From contig CAWCNY010000006.1 of the NCBI GenBank assembly GCA_963797095.1, positions 32,001-96,000 on the forward strand: DNA of 64,000 nucleotides, written 5' to 3'. Source of the stretch: an uncultured Chloroflexia bacterium (GTDB lineage Bacteria; Chloroflexota; Chloroflexia; QHBQ01; JADMIH01). Shown in pieces: positions 38,401-48,748 of this stretch. Each line of letters begins with the position of its first letter. Position 1 is the first letter of the stretch. Both the position numbers and the translations under genes were made by a program. The notes below the pieces were generated by a model that was given only the letters and a program-made list of their open reading frames with translations, was not told where the DNA came from and did no database searches.

Positions 38401-38735
38401 CTGCCCCACCTGAGTCGGGGAAATGCGTCGTTTACCCAGGCCACGGGGAGTACGCACACGACCGCCAGCCAGGTGAGGACGGTGCCTGCCTGACCCCACG
38501 CGCCAGGTTCCGGCGAGTTGCGCTCGATCCGCTGGAACCATTCTCCAGCGAGGGCGAGCGCGAAGGCCGCGACACCGAAGATGAGCGCGCGGTTGCGCCG
38601 GATATATGCCAACAGCGCCTTGCTGCGCCTGGCCGTACGCGGTTTTGTACCGACTATGGGCATGTCTACCCCGGCAGCAGTATATGACGTGGGGCCGGTT
38701 GGCGGCGTGGATGTAGCTTCTTCTTGCTGGTACAT
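35496..38735 (-). CDS. ArnT/GT39-like membrane glycosyltransferase with two C-terminal PA14-like domains
   Basis: 'LVRFVDL..P.GPYIDE' GT-C loop, many TMs; two 'W.G.(I/L)..P..G.Y.F....L.(I/L)DG..G.HA(V/I).L' PA14-like domains. Confidence 0.82.
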   Translation of the reverse strand: MYQQEEATSTPPTGPTSYTAAGVDMPIVGTKPRTARRSKALLAYIRRNRALIFGVAAFALALAGEWFQRIERNSPEPGAWGQAGTVLTWLAVVCVLPVAWVNDAFPRLRWGRRKAVAQPSPDAAIAPESGYIGVPTRRAAGKPSAPVVSTQRPNSLVKQLQSLRHWLGRLGTVGGLAIVIALGATLALVVRGDFTNPFAPYIWLAMLGLLALTFAGVPPRQTIQAMPSDPHEPTTEPPVTRVEWVLVGAIMLAAVLVRFVDLASVPAGPYIDELGRALVARAINVGQPIENLPFSLFGTAWWGVPNLYFWAEAQSLKLFGDTLLGARVIHALAGVGTVWFTYRLGRFAWSPRVGLIAGALVAASDFAIQFSRTAGESTILIFTWTVCFYYLYKGIKRQLPIDFVWSGIAGGLCLYSYASGKLLPLFLILLALFLIVRWGLKGAWRFVPLLALMGLAAGLTFLPHGIFLLNVKQDALTARSNGVAIWVDRNLPGIQAQYATDNLGIIVARQYAVTWSAFDIGQERGPFYRTDNPVLPVPWAALWVLGTAYILFRAGDIRYAGLAVWLLAGLAGAALTNDTPTLQRVAGMVPLLGILPAVFADRMLAGRWISGIRYTPLNNPGRARLLRNAVAIALVLVLAWQATSFYFLEYAPRNTWMNLTLAGRYLENMDPQQNVAYGYNLPTWLGDPSPLTFLAKDVQHKDYDPSEDLPVEVALNQTVHFLTYPAYGPMLSMLQRLYPGGTLKTLPGEDGAPFISAYVVDGDLRAERQHSIAHYGEGDQLVERAEPRLGTLSADSAVDKTFAPPPWLNYPAPVQWSGGIIAPEYGRYAFTIDAPGGASLEIDGKVLLATQANGPATSVEVVLARGTHAVGLSGTLQNAASPIIVRWGTSGTSGQMWPIGQRFLWNGDLGCLLGMAYNTAGEGWLTQPQINTANIPPSNIRRDLFISFNVVNRALHSGTFAFGRWQGTLGIATPGDYIFSPTGDGNISLWLDGTQIAGEGTGGTAPQSPVTVHLEAGQHAIELRFQASRDNATLQLQWQPPGGEMELIPPSALVPPPNGAWAANEMPSAPGLGAALVQP

Positions 38736-38898
38736 TGCGGCTCTTTTTGATGGCAAGAATGTTTGATTCTACCACAACTAGACATCGCCCGGCCTCCATG
38801 GTAATATGATATTACGACGAAAGCTGAAGGATGAAAGACGAACTAAGTCGATCCTGGCTGCTTTCGTCTTTCATCCTTCGTCTATGGGAGCACAAGCA

Positions 38899-39684
38899 AT
38901 GGAGCTTGAGGGCAAAGTAGCTCTGGTAACGGGGGCCGGGCGCGGCCTGGGGAGGGCCACCGCCCTGGCACTGGCAGAGCAAGGCGCGAAGGTGGCGGTG
39001 TTGGCGCGCTCATTGCATGAGGTTGAAGATGCGGCGATCCAGATGCGCAGGCAGTATGGCGTAGGATGCTCAATGGCGATTCGCGGAGATGTTTCTCGCG
39101 AGCAGGACGTTATACTGGCCTTTCAGACTGTGCGCAAACGCTGGGGCGGGGTCGATATATTGGTGAACAACGCGGGGGGTATGGGGGCGACTCGTCCCAT
39201 CGTGATCCTCTCATTTCAAGAGTGGCAGCGTACGCTCGACGTGAACCTTAATGGCACATTTCTCTGCACACGGGAGGCCCTAAAGGATATGGTGCCTCAC
39301 CGCTGGGGGCGGATCGTGAACATTTCGTCTGCGGCGGGGGCTATCGCGGTGCCTGGCATGTCGCCCTATGCAGTCGCCAAGGCAGCGGTCGAGCACTTTA
39401 CCAAGCAGGTGGCCGCCGAGGCAGGGCAGTATGGTGTGCTATCTGTTTGCCTGCGCCCAGGGGTGGTTGATACCCGCATGCAGGAAGAGATGCGCAACCG
39501 ACCACCCGATGCAATCCCGCCTGAATTGCGCGCGGCCTTCAACGCCTATAAAGAACGCGGTATGCTGGTGCCCCCGGAGCGCCCGGCGCGAATGGTCGCT
39601 TATCTTTGCAGCGACCGTCTTGATCCGTTTATCAACGGGCGTGCCCTGGATATGGAAGAAGTAGAGGGGATACTGGCGCGCTAG
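38899..39684 (+). CDS. SDR-family oxidoreductase
   Basis: TGAGRGLG, NNAG, YAVAK catalytic motif, PGVVDT. Confidence 0.92.
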   Translation: MELEGKVALVTGAGRGLGRATALALAEQGAKVAVLARSLHEVEDAAIQMRRQYGVGCSMAIRGDVSREQDVILAFQTVRKRWGGVDILVNNAGGMGATRPIVILSFQEWQRTLDVNLNGTFLCTREALKDMVPHRWGRIVNISSAAGAIAVPGMSPYAVAKAAVEHFTKQVAAEAGQYGVLSVCLRPGVVDTRMQEEMRNRPPDAIPPELRAAFNAYKERGMLVPPERPARMVAYLCSDRLDPFINGRALDMEEVEGILAR

Positions 39685-40442
39685 AGAGCGGCACCGGCGC
39701 TTCGCACAAAGTGTGCTGACCTTAGCTCACGCTCCAGAATATAGGTGATGTAGCTTTGCATCACGCCCGCAAGCTCGTTGCTGAGGTCGGGGTCAACACG
39801 TACCCGGCTCACGGCGCTGTAGGGGTTGCGCTGCATCAATCGCATCACCTTGAGCGCATTGACCGATAGATCGCGCCCCGTGCCTACGCGCCTGCACGAT
39901 GCACAGATTACCCCACCCTGCGAGGGACTCCAGCCATTTGTGACGGCCTGTAGTTCGCTGGCGCATTGGACGCACTGCCCCAACTCAGGCGCATAGCCGA
40001 GGTAGCCGAGTAGTTGTAGCTCAAACCAGCGCAACACGCGGTCGGGGTGGGAGTCCTCTGAAATAAGGGCAAACGCTCCCACGGCCAGCTTGTATAAGGG
40101 GTAGTTCTCAAGAGAGTCGGGCGTCATCGCATCGAGTAGCTCGGACGCATAGGATGCATGAGCGATCCGTGATAGATCCTCGTGCAGCGGCCTGTATGCG
40201 TCGACGGTTTCGCTCTGTGTGATGATATCGAGGTTGCGCGCCTTCGCCAGCAGCATAGTGTTGCGGGTGAACAACTCAACGTGCCCGGCCAACCTGCTGG
40301 TTACTTTGCGCACGCCCTTGGCGACCACGCGCAATTTGCCGAAGTTCGGCGTGATGATGGTCAGTATTTTGTCGGCTTCGCCAAGGTCGATCCGCTTGAT
40401 AACGAGAGCCTCAGACTTGTACAAATGTTCGCGTGCGCTCAT
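39681..40442 (-). CDS. recO: DNA repair protein RecO
   Basis: 'DLGEADKILT..GKLRVVAKGVRK' OB fold; CVQC..CASC zinc finger. Confidence 0.95.
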   Translation of the reverse strand: MSAREHLYKSEALVIKRIDLGEADKILTIITPNFGKLRVVAKGVRKVTSRLAGHVELFTRNTMLLAKARNLDIITQSETVDAYRPLHEDLSRIAHASYASELLDAMTPDSLENYPLYKLAVGAFALISEDSHPDRVLRWFELQLLGYLGYAPELGQCVQCASELQAVTNGWSPSQGGVICASCRRVGTGRDLSVNALKVMRLMQRNPYSAVSRVRVDPDLSNELAGVMQSYITYILERELRSAHFVRSAGAAL

Positions 40443-40535
40443 AGCTAATTATACCAGGATGGCGATGGTGGTCGGTGGTCAGAACCAAGGATCAAGGGCC
40501 AAAAACTACCGACTACTGACTACCGACCACCCTCC

Positions 40536-40925
40536 TTATTGTTCGGTATTGTCGTGTACGCCGTTGGTGCTAGGCTCCGATCTTTCGGCTGTGGGGCGTA
40601 CATACGTTTGGGCGCGCTCTGCTCCCTGCTCTACCATCTCGCGGGCTTTGTCGAGGCCCTGCACCACTGCCTTGCGGCTCCTATCGAGCGCATCTTCGAT
40701 CTCTGGCCTGCGCTCGTCGAGGGCACGCGCTGCCTGCGCAGAAAGCTCGTCCACGCGCTTGCCGAGGTCATCCAACCTACTTTGCACTTCCTCACGCATC
40801 TGGCGAGTCCTCTCGGTGTTCAAGGCGGCGGCTGCGATGCCCACCGCCAGCGCCCCAAGCGCCATGGCGACGCCGAATCCTTTGCTGAACAAATCTTCGA
40901 ATGATGTTTTCCTGTCTTCTGCCAT
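40536..40925 (-). CDS. Hypothetical protein with N-terminal TM and coiled coil (YtxH-like)
   Basis: AGGAG RBS; hydrophobic N-terminus followed by amphipathic helices. Confidence 0.7.
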   Translation of the reverse strand: MAEDRKTSFEDLFSKGFGVAMALGALAVGIAAAALNTERTRQMREEVQSRLDDLGKRVDELSAQAARALDERRPEIEDALDRSRKAVVQGLDKAREMVEQGAERAQTYVRPTAERSEPSTNGVHDNTEQ

Positions 40926-40993
40926 TTTGGGTCTCCTGTCTTTTGACGAGTGAAACGTGATACGTGATACGCAATCTGGTGCGTATTGCCTAT

Positions 40994-41052
40994 TTACTCG
41001 TTACTCGTTACTCGTTACTCGTCACTCGTCACTCGTCACTCGTCACTCGTTA
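40994..41052. repeat. Heptamer tandem repeat ((T/C)ACTCGT)n overlapping the PNP stop codon
   Basis: About eight consecutive units. Confidence 0.85.
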
Positions 41053-41884
41053 TCCTCTGAACAATCTCTTTTATCAGTTGCACAAACCTGGGCCTTGATT
41101 CTTCTGCTACTACCAGCACTTCTTCGTGGTTTACGGGTTCATTGCTGTCGGCCAGGGCCATATTGGTGATGTTTGAGATGCCCAGCACTTTCATGCCACC
41201 GTGCCGTGCCACAAGCACTTCCGGCACCGTGGACATCCCCACCGCATCGCCCCCTAACATCCTTAGAGCACGCAACTCGGCGCGCGTTTCATAGTTGGGG
41301 CCGGCCAGCACTATGTATACGCCCTTTTGCACCGGAATGTTACAGGCATCCGCTGCCTCCTGGGCCAGCTTGAGCAGGACCGGATCGTACGCCGGATTCA
41401 TGGCGGGGAAGCGCGGCCCGAACTCCTCGTCGTTGGGGCCGATCAGCGGGTTCTGGCCTCCCCAGCCAAGCATGTTGATGTGGTCCTCGATCAGCATGAA
41501 GTCGCCTGCCTTGAAAGCCGGATTAAGCCCGCCCGCTGCATTGGTCACGATGAGCGTCTCTACGCCCAGCGCTTTCATCACCCTTACGGGGAAGGTGGCC
41601 GTTTGCAGGGTGTGGCCCTCATAGTAGTGCAGCCTGCCTTGCATTACAAGCACTCGCGTGCCGGCCAGGGTGCCAAGCACCATCCTGCCCGCGTGTCCGA
41701 TCACCGTTGAGGCGGCAAACCCAGGTATCTCGCTGTAGGGTATTGTGGCGACCGCCTCAATCTCGTCGGCCAGTGCGCCCAAACCTGAACCGAGGATTAT
41801 CCCCACCAGGGAGGTCCACCCTTCGGGGAGCCGCTCCCGGATCGTCTTTTTCGCAAGCCCGATCTTGTCGCCCAACTTACTCAT
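41036..41884 (-). CDS. punA: Purine nucleoside phosphorylase (trimeric PunA/XapA type)
   Basis: IILGSGLG, GRLHYYEG, TNAAGGLN, GPNYETRAE, VGMSTVPE. Confidence 0.92.
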   Translation of the reverse strand: MSKLGDKIGLAKKTIRERLPEGWTSLVGIILGSGLGALADEIEAVATIPYSEIPGFAASTVIGHAGRMVLGTLAGTRVLVMQGRLHYYEGHTLQTATFPVRVMKALGVETLIVTNAAGGLNPAFKAGDFMLIEDHINMLGWGGQNPLIGPNDEEFGPRFPAMNPAYDPVLLKLAQEAADACNIPVQKGVYIVLAGPNYETRAELRALRMLGGDAVGMSTVPEVLVARHGGMKVLGISNITNMALADSNEPVNHEEVLVVAEESRPRFVQLIKEIVQRITSDE

Positions 41885-42725
41885 CGTCGTCATCCTCCTC
41901 CTCGTCATCCTCCTCCTCGTCATCCTCTCCAAGCCATTCCTGCTCGTCTTCCACAGGGTTTGGCAAGTGTCCTTCCAGTATCTTTGCAATCTCGCCTGCG
42001 TCTACGTCAGGTGCTTTGGCCTCTACCACCCAGCTAAGGTACTCGTCGGGGCCGCCGTTCAAGTAGGGTGGGGGCGATACGGGCATGAATATCGTGGCAA
42101 GCCGCTCGTCCAGCGAGATATAGTTCAGCACGTGCCCTAGCTCCTGCACCACGTGCCAGGCAACCGGCAACTCAATGTCTATGCTGAACTTGGCCCACCA
42201 CTCTTGCTCGTCTTCCTTGCTTGTTTCGACGCCGCTGATGGCGGGTATTCTTTCAAGGAACGACTTTAGCTTCTGTAACCCTCCGTGTGCCCTGTTGGCG
42301 GCGATGCGCGTGCCACCCGGCGGTGGGCTTGCCTGCTTGTCTTCCAAGCCCAGGAAGCTTTCAAACGAGATAGGCCCGCGCTGCTGGTATTCTCGCCAGG
42401 ATGCTATCAGCCCGTCGCGTAGCTCTATCACGGCGACCCCGTGGTTGGCGTAGTCGGATCCGCCCAGGCTGAAAGAGTACTCGCCTACGCCCTTTTGTGT
42501 GGCTTCGTCGAACCAGAGGTTGTGCCATACCATAGTTGTGCCGGGCGTGAGGTCAGCGAAGAACAGGCGTAATTGATTGTGTCCCCGGTAAAGCTGGATG
42601 CCGGGCGGCTCGATGTAGACAGCGTCCTCGGTGAAGTAGGCCAATGCCATGGGCGTGTCGTTGTCGATCCAGACGCGGGCCACCTTCTCCATCAGCCTTA
42701 CGAACTGCTCTTTAGTGAGGCCCAT
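41877..42725 (-). CDS. NTF2/SnoaL-like domain fused to an uncharacterised domain with acidic tail
   Basis: 'FTEDAVYIEPP..GHNQLR.FF..IELRDGLIASWREY' SnoaL-like; second domain 'WHVVQELGHVLNY..FMPVSPPPYLNGGP'. Confidence 0.7.
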   Translation of the reverse strand: MGLTKEQFVRLMEKVARVWIDNDTPMALAYFTEDAVYIEPPGIQLYRGHNQLRLFFADLTPGTTMVWHNLWFDEATQKGVGEYSFSLGGSDYANHGVAVIELRDGLIASWREYQQRGPISFESFLGLEDKQASPPPGGTRIAANRAHGGLQKLKSFLERIPAISGVETSKEDEQEWWAKFSIDIELPVAWHVVQELGHVLNYISLDERLATIFMPVSPPPYLNGGPDEYLSWVVEAKAPDVDAGEIAKILEGHLPNPVEDEQEWLGEDDEEEDDEEEDDDDE

Positions 42726-42774
42726 ATTGTCTCCAACCAAAGTGTGCTAAGTAGAGGCCGAGGCGCACAACTGA

Positions 42775-43173
42775 TCAGCGGTTCGGGCGTTTGTCCTCGA
42801 CGTGTATCACGTTCAACTCGGCGGCGTCCTGGTCTCGCCAACCTCTCCCCGTAAGCCCGATCAGCACTTCGGACAGTTCGGGCGGTTCGGGCGTGCCGAA
42901 TTCGTCGGGAGGTACATACGTCAGAATATCGGAGTGATGGCAGGTGACCACCCAGCCAAGATCGTCCTCCAATTCTATGATGTTGAAGTCAGCCGAAGGT
43001 GTGGCTACCTGCACAGGCCCCCACTCGGCCAGCAGTGCCTTTGCCTGCTCGGCGAGGTCGCCCTCAGGCTGCATGAGGATCACGCAAGTGCCGTGCTCGA
43101 ACAGCACCCACGACTTGGTGTCTCCACGGATGATGCGCCGCCAGATATCTATCGCTTCGTGATCTGCCTCCAT
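42775..43173 (-). CDS. Hypothetical protein
   Basis: ORF coupled to the upstream stop, in operon context; 'WVLFEHGTCVIL' motif. Confidence 0.7.
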   Translation of the reverse strand: MEADHEAIDIWRRIIRGDTKSWVLFEHGTCVILMQPEGDLAEQAKALLAEWGPVQVATPSADFNIIELEDDLGWVVTCHHSDILTYVPPDEFGTPEPPELSEVLIGLTGRGWRDQDAAELNVIHVEDKRPNR

Positions 43174-45501
43174 CAAGATACCGTGCTTGGTGGCTCCTCC
43201 TTGTCGGGGTCGCCTACGCCTCCGCCCGTTGCAAGAGGGTCGGTGTTGGTTGTAAGGCCGTGGTCAGGCATGGTATCGCCCAATCGTGCGCCCACCGCCT
43301 GCCCATCCCTCCGCATCGAGATCGAGACAAGCTCCGAAATGTCCATTAGCCTGATCTGGTCGCCCGCGTCCTTGCCTTTGATGCCGTCCTCGAACATGGA
43401 TGTGCAGAATGGGCAGGCAGCGGCCAGCGTTGGCGCGCCTGTATCAAGGGCGTCCTGCATGCGGTTCTGGTTCATGCGCTTCCCGGTGTGCTCCTCGATC
43501 CACATGCGCCCGCCACCTGCCCCGCAACATAGAGCGTTGTTGCGTGTACGTCGCATCTCCTTCAACTCTACTCCCGGTATGGCTTCCAGCACCGCCCTAG
43601 GCGCGTCGTACACATCGTTGTAGCGGCCCAGGTAGCAGGGATCGTGGTAGGTGATCGCCTGCTCCACTTTGTTCGCAAGCTGTAGTCTGCCCGATTTGAT
43701 CAGGTAGTCGAGGAACTCGCTGTGGTGTACCACGTCGTAGTTGCCGCCGAACTGTGGGTACTCGTTCTTGATCGTGTTGAAGCAGTGGGGGCACTGGGTG
43801 ACGATCTTGCGCACGCCGTACGTATTCAGCACCTCGATGTTTGCCTGTGCCATTATCTGGAAGAGGTATTCATTACCTGGCCTGCGGGCGGGGTCGCCGC
43901 AGCACGATTCCTCTTTGCCCAATATGGCGAAGCGCACCCCCGCCTCCTTGAATATCCCGGCCAGCGCCTGCGCGATCCTCTGGTTGCGGGCATCGAACGA
44001 CCCCAGGCAGCCGACCCAGTAGAGCACCTCCAGCAACGGAGCATCCGACTTTGGATTGCGGATTGCGGATTGCGGATTGTTTGCTTCTGCTGCTTTCGGT
44101 GATTCTGTATGGAAGAGTGGTTTGCCCTCTTGCTCGGCCTGGGCGTACATGTCGGACAGTGTAGGCACTTCCAGGCCCTCGGCCCAGTCGGCCCTCTGGT
44201 TGGGCGAGAACTCCCACGGGTTGCCCTTTTGCTCCAGGTTGCGGAACAGCCTGTTTAGCTCATTGGGGAAGCGGCTCTCCTGCATCACAAGATAGCGCCT
44301 CATGTCGGTGATCTTCGGCACGTGCTCTATGAAGACCGGGCACGCCTCCATGCAGGCCCGGCAAGTGGTGCAGGACCAGAGCGTTTCCTCCATGACCCAG
44401 CCGCCCACCAATGGTATCTCCTCATGCCCATCTTCGGCAACGGCTATAGCGGTGGCGGCTCCATCTTTTGCTCCAAAGGGTAATTGACCAGCCGCCAGCA
44501 TCTGAAGCGGCCCCATTCCTCCCTGCTTCTTCATCTCACGTGTGGCGCTCTCTAGAAAGTATTCCTGGATGTCGAGCACCAGCTTCTTGGGCGATAGGGG
44601 CTTGTCGGTCTGCCAGGCTGGGCAGGCGTCCTGGCATCTGCCGCACTCGGTACAGGTGTAGGTGTCCATTAGATCCTTCCACCCGAAGTCGGTGAGCGAT
44701 GCCGCCCCCAGTGTCTGCTCGTTCTCGATACGTTCCTCGATATCGGTGATCGGCTCCATCGCGCCTTTTGGCGTCAGGTCGTAGAAGAAGACGTTGAGCG
44801 GTGCGGTGAATATATGCAGGTGCTTCGAGTAGACCACGTACACCAGGAACCAGAGCACGATCCCCAGGTGGATGAAGTAGGCTACCCCTTGAATGACCAT
44901 CTGCGTGTCGAGGGAAAGGCCAGCAAATATCTTGCCCACCAGTATGGAGAAGGGCCGCCACTCGGCAGGCTCGTTGCCCACATTGATCCTTATGCCTTGA
45001 AGCACCCACGCCGATAGCATCAGCACTGTGATGCCGCCCAGGATCAGGTAGGCCGCCGACAGAATCGGTAAATCGCTCAGGCTTGGTGACCAGCCTGCGC
45101 CAGAAGAAGCTTGCCATGGCCACCAGCACTAACGCCTGAATCACGTCTACAAAGAGGAACCAGCCGGGGTTGTCGTTGAAGAAAGGCACCTCCAGGCCGG
45201 GAAATAGCCCTTGCGCGAACAGCACAAGGGTGGTGATCTGGATCACGAGGAAGCCGTAGAAGGTGAAGAAGTGCGCCAGACCCGATAGCGTGTAAGCCCT
45301 GCGGCTGTACATCCTGAACTGACCGATCACGAAGGTCAGGAAGAGCCTGATGCGCTGCCCCCACTGGCCGAATCGTTTGCTGTCGGTGCCCAGGCGCGTC
45401 CATTGCACAAGCTGGTTTATGCGGTAAAGGAACCAGCCGACGGACACGACCATCATCAAGATAAGGAGAACACGCCAGTACCACTCCGTTGTAGGGACCA
45501 T
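43173..45501 (-). pseudogene. Membrane-bound Fe-S oxidoreductase (EtfD/FadF, HdrD-like), frameshifted near 45060
   Basis: N-terminal TM domain with His residues; CTECGRCQDACP and CTTCRACMEACP; two CCG domains (ESCCGDP, CPHC, HDPCYLGR, CCGAGG, CPFC). Split over two frames, possibly an assembly indel. Confidence 0.85.
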
Positions 45502-45631
45502 GATTCTCGCTCCTATGGACGAAAGATGAAGGACAAATAGGGGTGTTTCAGTTGGCTTGATCTTATAACATAGATCGGTAAAGCACAAGCAGTAGGGTAG
45601 CTATAGAGAGGGCGCTCAATTCGTGGGGCTT

Positions 45632-46000
45632 TCACCGCACCGGTGGTTTCGGCAGTTCCGCGTATTGGGCTGTGAGATGAACCGCTGCTGCGTTGAGCAC
45701 CGATACAACGGCGAAGGCGATGGCGATTACAGGTTGGCCCGCAGCCACCAGCGCCACCGTTGCAAGCCCGAAGATGATCGTTTCGAGCACAATGTAAGCA
45801 GCCCCCGATGTGCGTCTAGCCGAGCTTGGTGCCATAAAGATGCCCCAGAAGACCCCCGCCAGTAAGGGCGCACCAAGTCCCAGGATTACATTCAGCCATG
45901 TGCTATTGGTTGCCTGGAAGCCCCAGAAACCAAGCGCCACCAGCACCGCTACCTCCAGCAGGAACCGCAACGCCAGGTTTGCCAGGGCGAACACTTTCAT
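45632..46000 (-). CDS. YrdB/DUF2568-family membrane protein
   Basis: 'NLALRFLLE..GFWGF..WGIFMAP' signature. Confidence 0.8.
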   Translation of the reverse strand: MKVFALANLALRFLLEVAVLVALGFWGFQATNSTWLNVILGLGAPLLAGVFWGIFMAPSSARRTSGAAYIVLETIIFGLATVALVAAGQPVIAIAFAVVSVLNAAAVHLTAQYAELPKPPVR

Positions 46001-46083
46001 ATGACCCTCCCGCTAAAAGCAAAGGCCCGCCGGGTTGGCAGGCTCTTTGCACCGGACTTCTTGGACTGAGAACATCGTCTACC

Positions 46084-46632
46084 CTAGAGCACCGTAATCT
46101 CGGCATCCTCGTCGATATCCGCACCCATCGGCACGTCGAGAAAGGCGCGCACGCGCCACTCATGCTTGGCGTCGGTGCCCTCATAGGTAGGCTGCACGGT
46201 GGCCGGGATCGGGATCGATGCGTTGTACTGCTTGCTCTCCCCCTGCTGCATGTTCACGGGCGATGCATCCACCACCACCGCGTTGTGGTACGTCTGGTTG
46301 GTCTTGGTACGGTCTTCCATTGTGGTTGTAACAGTTGGCGCTGGAGCGGGTGTTGTGCTGGTTGGGGTCGTGGTCGTGGTTGAAGTGGTAGTGCCGGCGG
46401 GCGTAGGTGCGGGGGTGCTGTTTTGCACGGGCACCTGATACTTGATCGTTTCCAACCCGGCCACTTCCAGGTTGATGCTTTTGCCGCTCAACTGGCTTGT
46501 GCAATTGAGCGTGATCTGCACGTTCAGGTTCTCACCGCGCTTTGCCTGCGGGTTTTGCACCTGCAACTGAATATTGCCGCCGCCGCCGGTCAATTGCGTG
46601 AAACCCTGCTTAATTTTGTTCCAAAAGCCCAT
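46084..46632 (-). CDS. Hypothetical Spo0M/arrestin-like beta protein
   Basis: 'MGFWNKIK..GGGG', 'IPATVQPTY..WRVRAFLDVPMGAD'; Thr-rich insert. Confidence 0.65.
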   Translation of the reverse strand: MGFWNKIKQGFTQLTGGGGNIQLQVQNPQAKRGENLNVQITLNCTSQLSGKSINLEVAGLETIKYQVPVQNSTPAPTPAGTTTSTTTTTPTSTTPAPAPTVTTTMEDRTKTNQTYHNAVVVDASPVNMQQGESKQYNASIPIPATVQPTYEGTDAKHEWRVRAFLDVPMGADIDEDAEITVL

Positions 46633-46656
46633 TACAAGAGATCCTTTCTATTATGG

Positions 46657-47646
46657 CTACATGCCTTTGCGCTTCTTTAATTCTTCGATAAGGGGAGGCA
46701 CGACCTGGTGCAAATCCCCTACGACGCCGAAGTCGCAGAACTGGAATATGGGAGCATTCGGGTCCTTATTGATCGCGATCACGGTGCCCGAAGTCTGCAT
46801 ACCTACTTTGTGCTGTATCTCGCCTGAGATACCGACCGCGATGTAGAGCTTGGGGCGCACGGTCTTGCCCGTCTGGCCGATCTGGTATGCATACGGGATC
46901 CAGCCCATATCCACCACTGCACGCGTCGCGCCTACCGCGCCGCCGAGCACCTCGGCTAGCTCGTTTACCAGGCTGAACTTCTCGGCGCTGCCGAGACCGC
47001 GCCCACCCGACACGATCACCTGCGCGCCCGCGAGGTCGGGCATGCCGCCCTTCTCGGCCACGCTCTCAACTACGGTTTGGCCGGGTGTCGCAGCGGCGGG
47101 CACATTCACCTGCTGCACATTGGCCGAGCCTTCTCCGTGCTGCGCCGTGCCCGCGCCCGGCCTCACCAGCAGCAAACCTGTCTGCTCGCCCTCGCGCGTG
47201 AAGGTGCTCATCACCCTGAGAGCGCCATTGAACGCCGGGTTCACAGCCACAGCTTTGCCCTGGTCTACGCTCAACTCGATCACATCGGCCAACACGCCCA
47301 GCCCCAGCTTCCCGCAAATTCGCCCCGCCCAGTCCTTGCCGAGTGGTGTGGACGGCACTAGCACTAATCGCGGATTGTGCTGCTCGATAAGTGAGGAGAT
47401 CACAGCCGAAGCCGGACCTACGATGTCCTGCTTACAAGCAGGGTCGTCGCAATAGAACACGTTGGCAAGGCTATACTGGCCTATTGTGTCAGCGGCCTCG
47501 CGGGGACCGATAACGATAGCCCCACCCTGCCCTGCATATTGTCCTGCAATCTGAGCAGCCAGTCCGGCTAACTCAAGCCCTAGTTTCTTAGGTTTCCCGC
47601 TGTCATCCGTCTCAACAACAGTCCAAACGTCATTGTTTGTTGTCAT
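46657..47646 (-). CDS. etfA: Electron transfer flavoprotein alpha subunit
   Basis: [48 protein letters not shown]. Confidence 0.95.
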   Translation of the reverse strand: MTTNNDVWTVVETDDSGKPKKLGLELAGLAAQIAGQYAGQGGAIVIGPREAADTIGQYSLANVFYCDDPACKQDIVGPASAVISSLIEQHNPRLVLVPSTPLGKDWAGRICGKLGLGVLADVIELSVDQGKAVAVNPAFNGALRVMSTFTREGEQTGLLLVRPGAGTAQHGEGSANVQQVNVPAAATPGQTVVESVAEKGGMPDLAGAQVIVSGGRGLGSAEKFSLVNELAEVLGGAVGATRAVVDMGWIPYAYQIGQTGKTVRPKLYIAVGISGEIQHKVGMQTSGTVIAINKDPNAPIFQFCDFGVVGDLHQVVPPLIEELKKRKGM

Positions 47647-47725
47647 AGTAACCTCCGGTTGTTAGTCGTCGGTCGCCAGTTGTCAGAACGTCTATCACCA
47701 ACAACTGATAACTAACAACTGACAA

Positions 47726-48514
47726 CTAAATCAGCTTCTTACTCTCAAGGAAATCGGCAACTGCCGCCGCCGCCGCCGCCGGGTCATCGGCCTTGATGAT
47801 CTGGCGGGCACGCGCCGATTGAGGACGCTCCGAACCTACCACTGCCGTGCCTGCACCGCCCAAGCCTACCTCGCCTGACGCGACACCCAGGTCGCCCAGG
47901 CCTATCGTTGCGATTTCTTTCTTCTTGGCTTTCATTATCCCAGGTAGCGACGGGTAGCGCGGTTCGTGCGCTGTCTGCGTCACCGAGGCGATTGCGGGCA
48001 GCGATGCTTCAACCCAATCGTATCCCATGTCGCTCCCGCGCTTGCCCCGCACCTTACCCCCGCTAACTTCGATCTCGTTGATCCAGGTCACAGCGGGTAA
48101 GGCAAGTAGTTCGGCCACGATGTTGTATATCACTCCGCCGCCTGCGTCAGTGCTCTGCGAGCCGAACATGATCAAGTCGAACGGTATCTTCCTCAGTGTT
48201 TCGGCCAGCACCCTTGCGGTTGCGAAATAGTCTGATCCATGCAACGCCGGGTCCGTAACCAACACTGCTCGGTCGGCTCCCATCGCCAACCCTTTTCTGA
48301 TCGTCTCGGTGCTGGATTCCGGCCCCATGCATAATAGCACGATTTCGCCTGATGCCGCTCCGTTCTCACGCAGACGTAGCGCCTCCTCAATAGCATATTC
48401 GTCCCAGGGGTTGATCACCGCAGGCACCGCTGAACGGTCGAGCGTTCCGTCGGGCAAAAGCCGCTTGTCGGCGGTAGTGTCCGGCACCGATTTCATGCAA
48501 ACTACAATGTTCAT
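47726..48514 (-). CDS. etfB: Electron transfer flavoprotein beta subunit
   Basis: MNIVVCMKSVPD, NPWDEYAIEEA, AMGAD, EPRYPSLPGIMKAKKK. Confidence 0.95.
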   Translation of the reverse strand: MNIVVCMKSVPDTTADKRLLPDGTLDRSAVPAVINPWDEYAIEEALRLRENGAASGEIVLLCMGPESSTETIRKGLAMGADRAVLVTDPALHGSDYFATARVLAETLRKIPFDLIMFGSQSTDAGGGVIYNIVAELLALPAVTWINEIEVSGGKVRGKRGSDMGYDWVEASLPAIASVTQTAHEPRYPSLPGIMKAKKKEIATIGLGDLGVASGEVGLGGAGTAVVGSERPQSARARQIIKADDPAAAAAAVADFLESKKLI

Positions 48515-48720
48515 AAACGGACATCTCCTAGCGGGCAAATTATGCCCAATTGTATCCTGGCATATCCGGTGAATGTTATCACAAAATGACCTTGCCCTTC
48601 AACCTTCCAACAGTCCACGTGTAGGTGCTTCATTGCCGAGATATTGAGGTCCGGTACTTCGACGGAGAGGTAACGCACACCTCAATACTCCGAATAAACG
48701 CTGCGCGCTCCACAAGAGCC

Positions 48721-48748
48721 TTGACACTGTTATCAGTCGGTATATAAT
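48721..48748 (+). promoter_or_regulatory. Consensus sigma70-type promoter for the sugar ABC operon
   Basis: TTGACA-N16-TATAAT. Confidence 0.75.
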
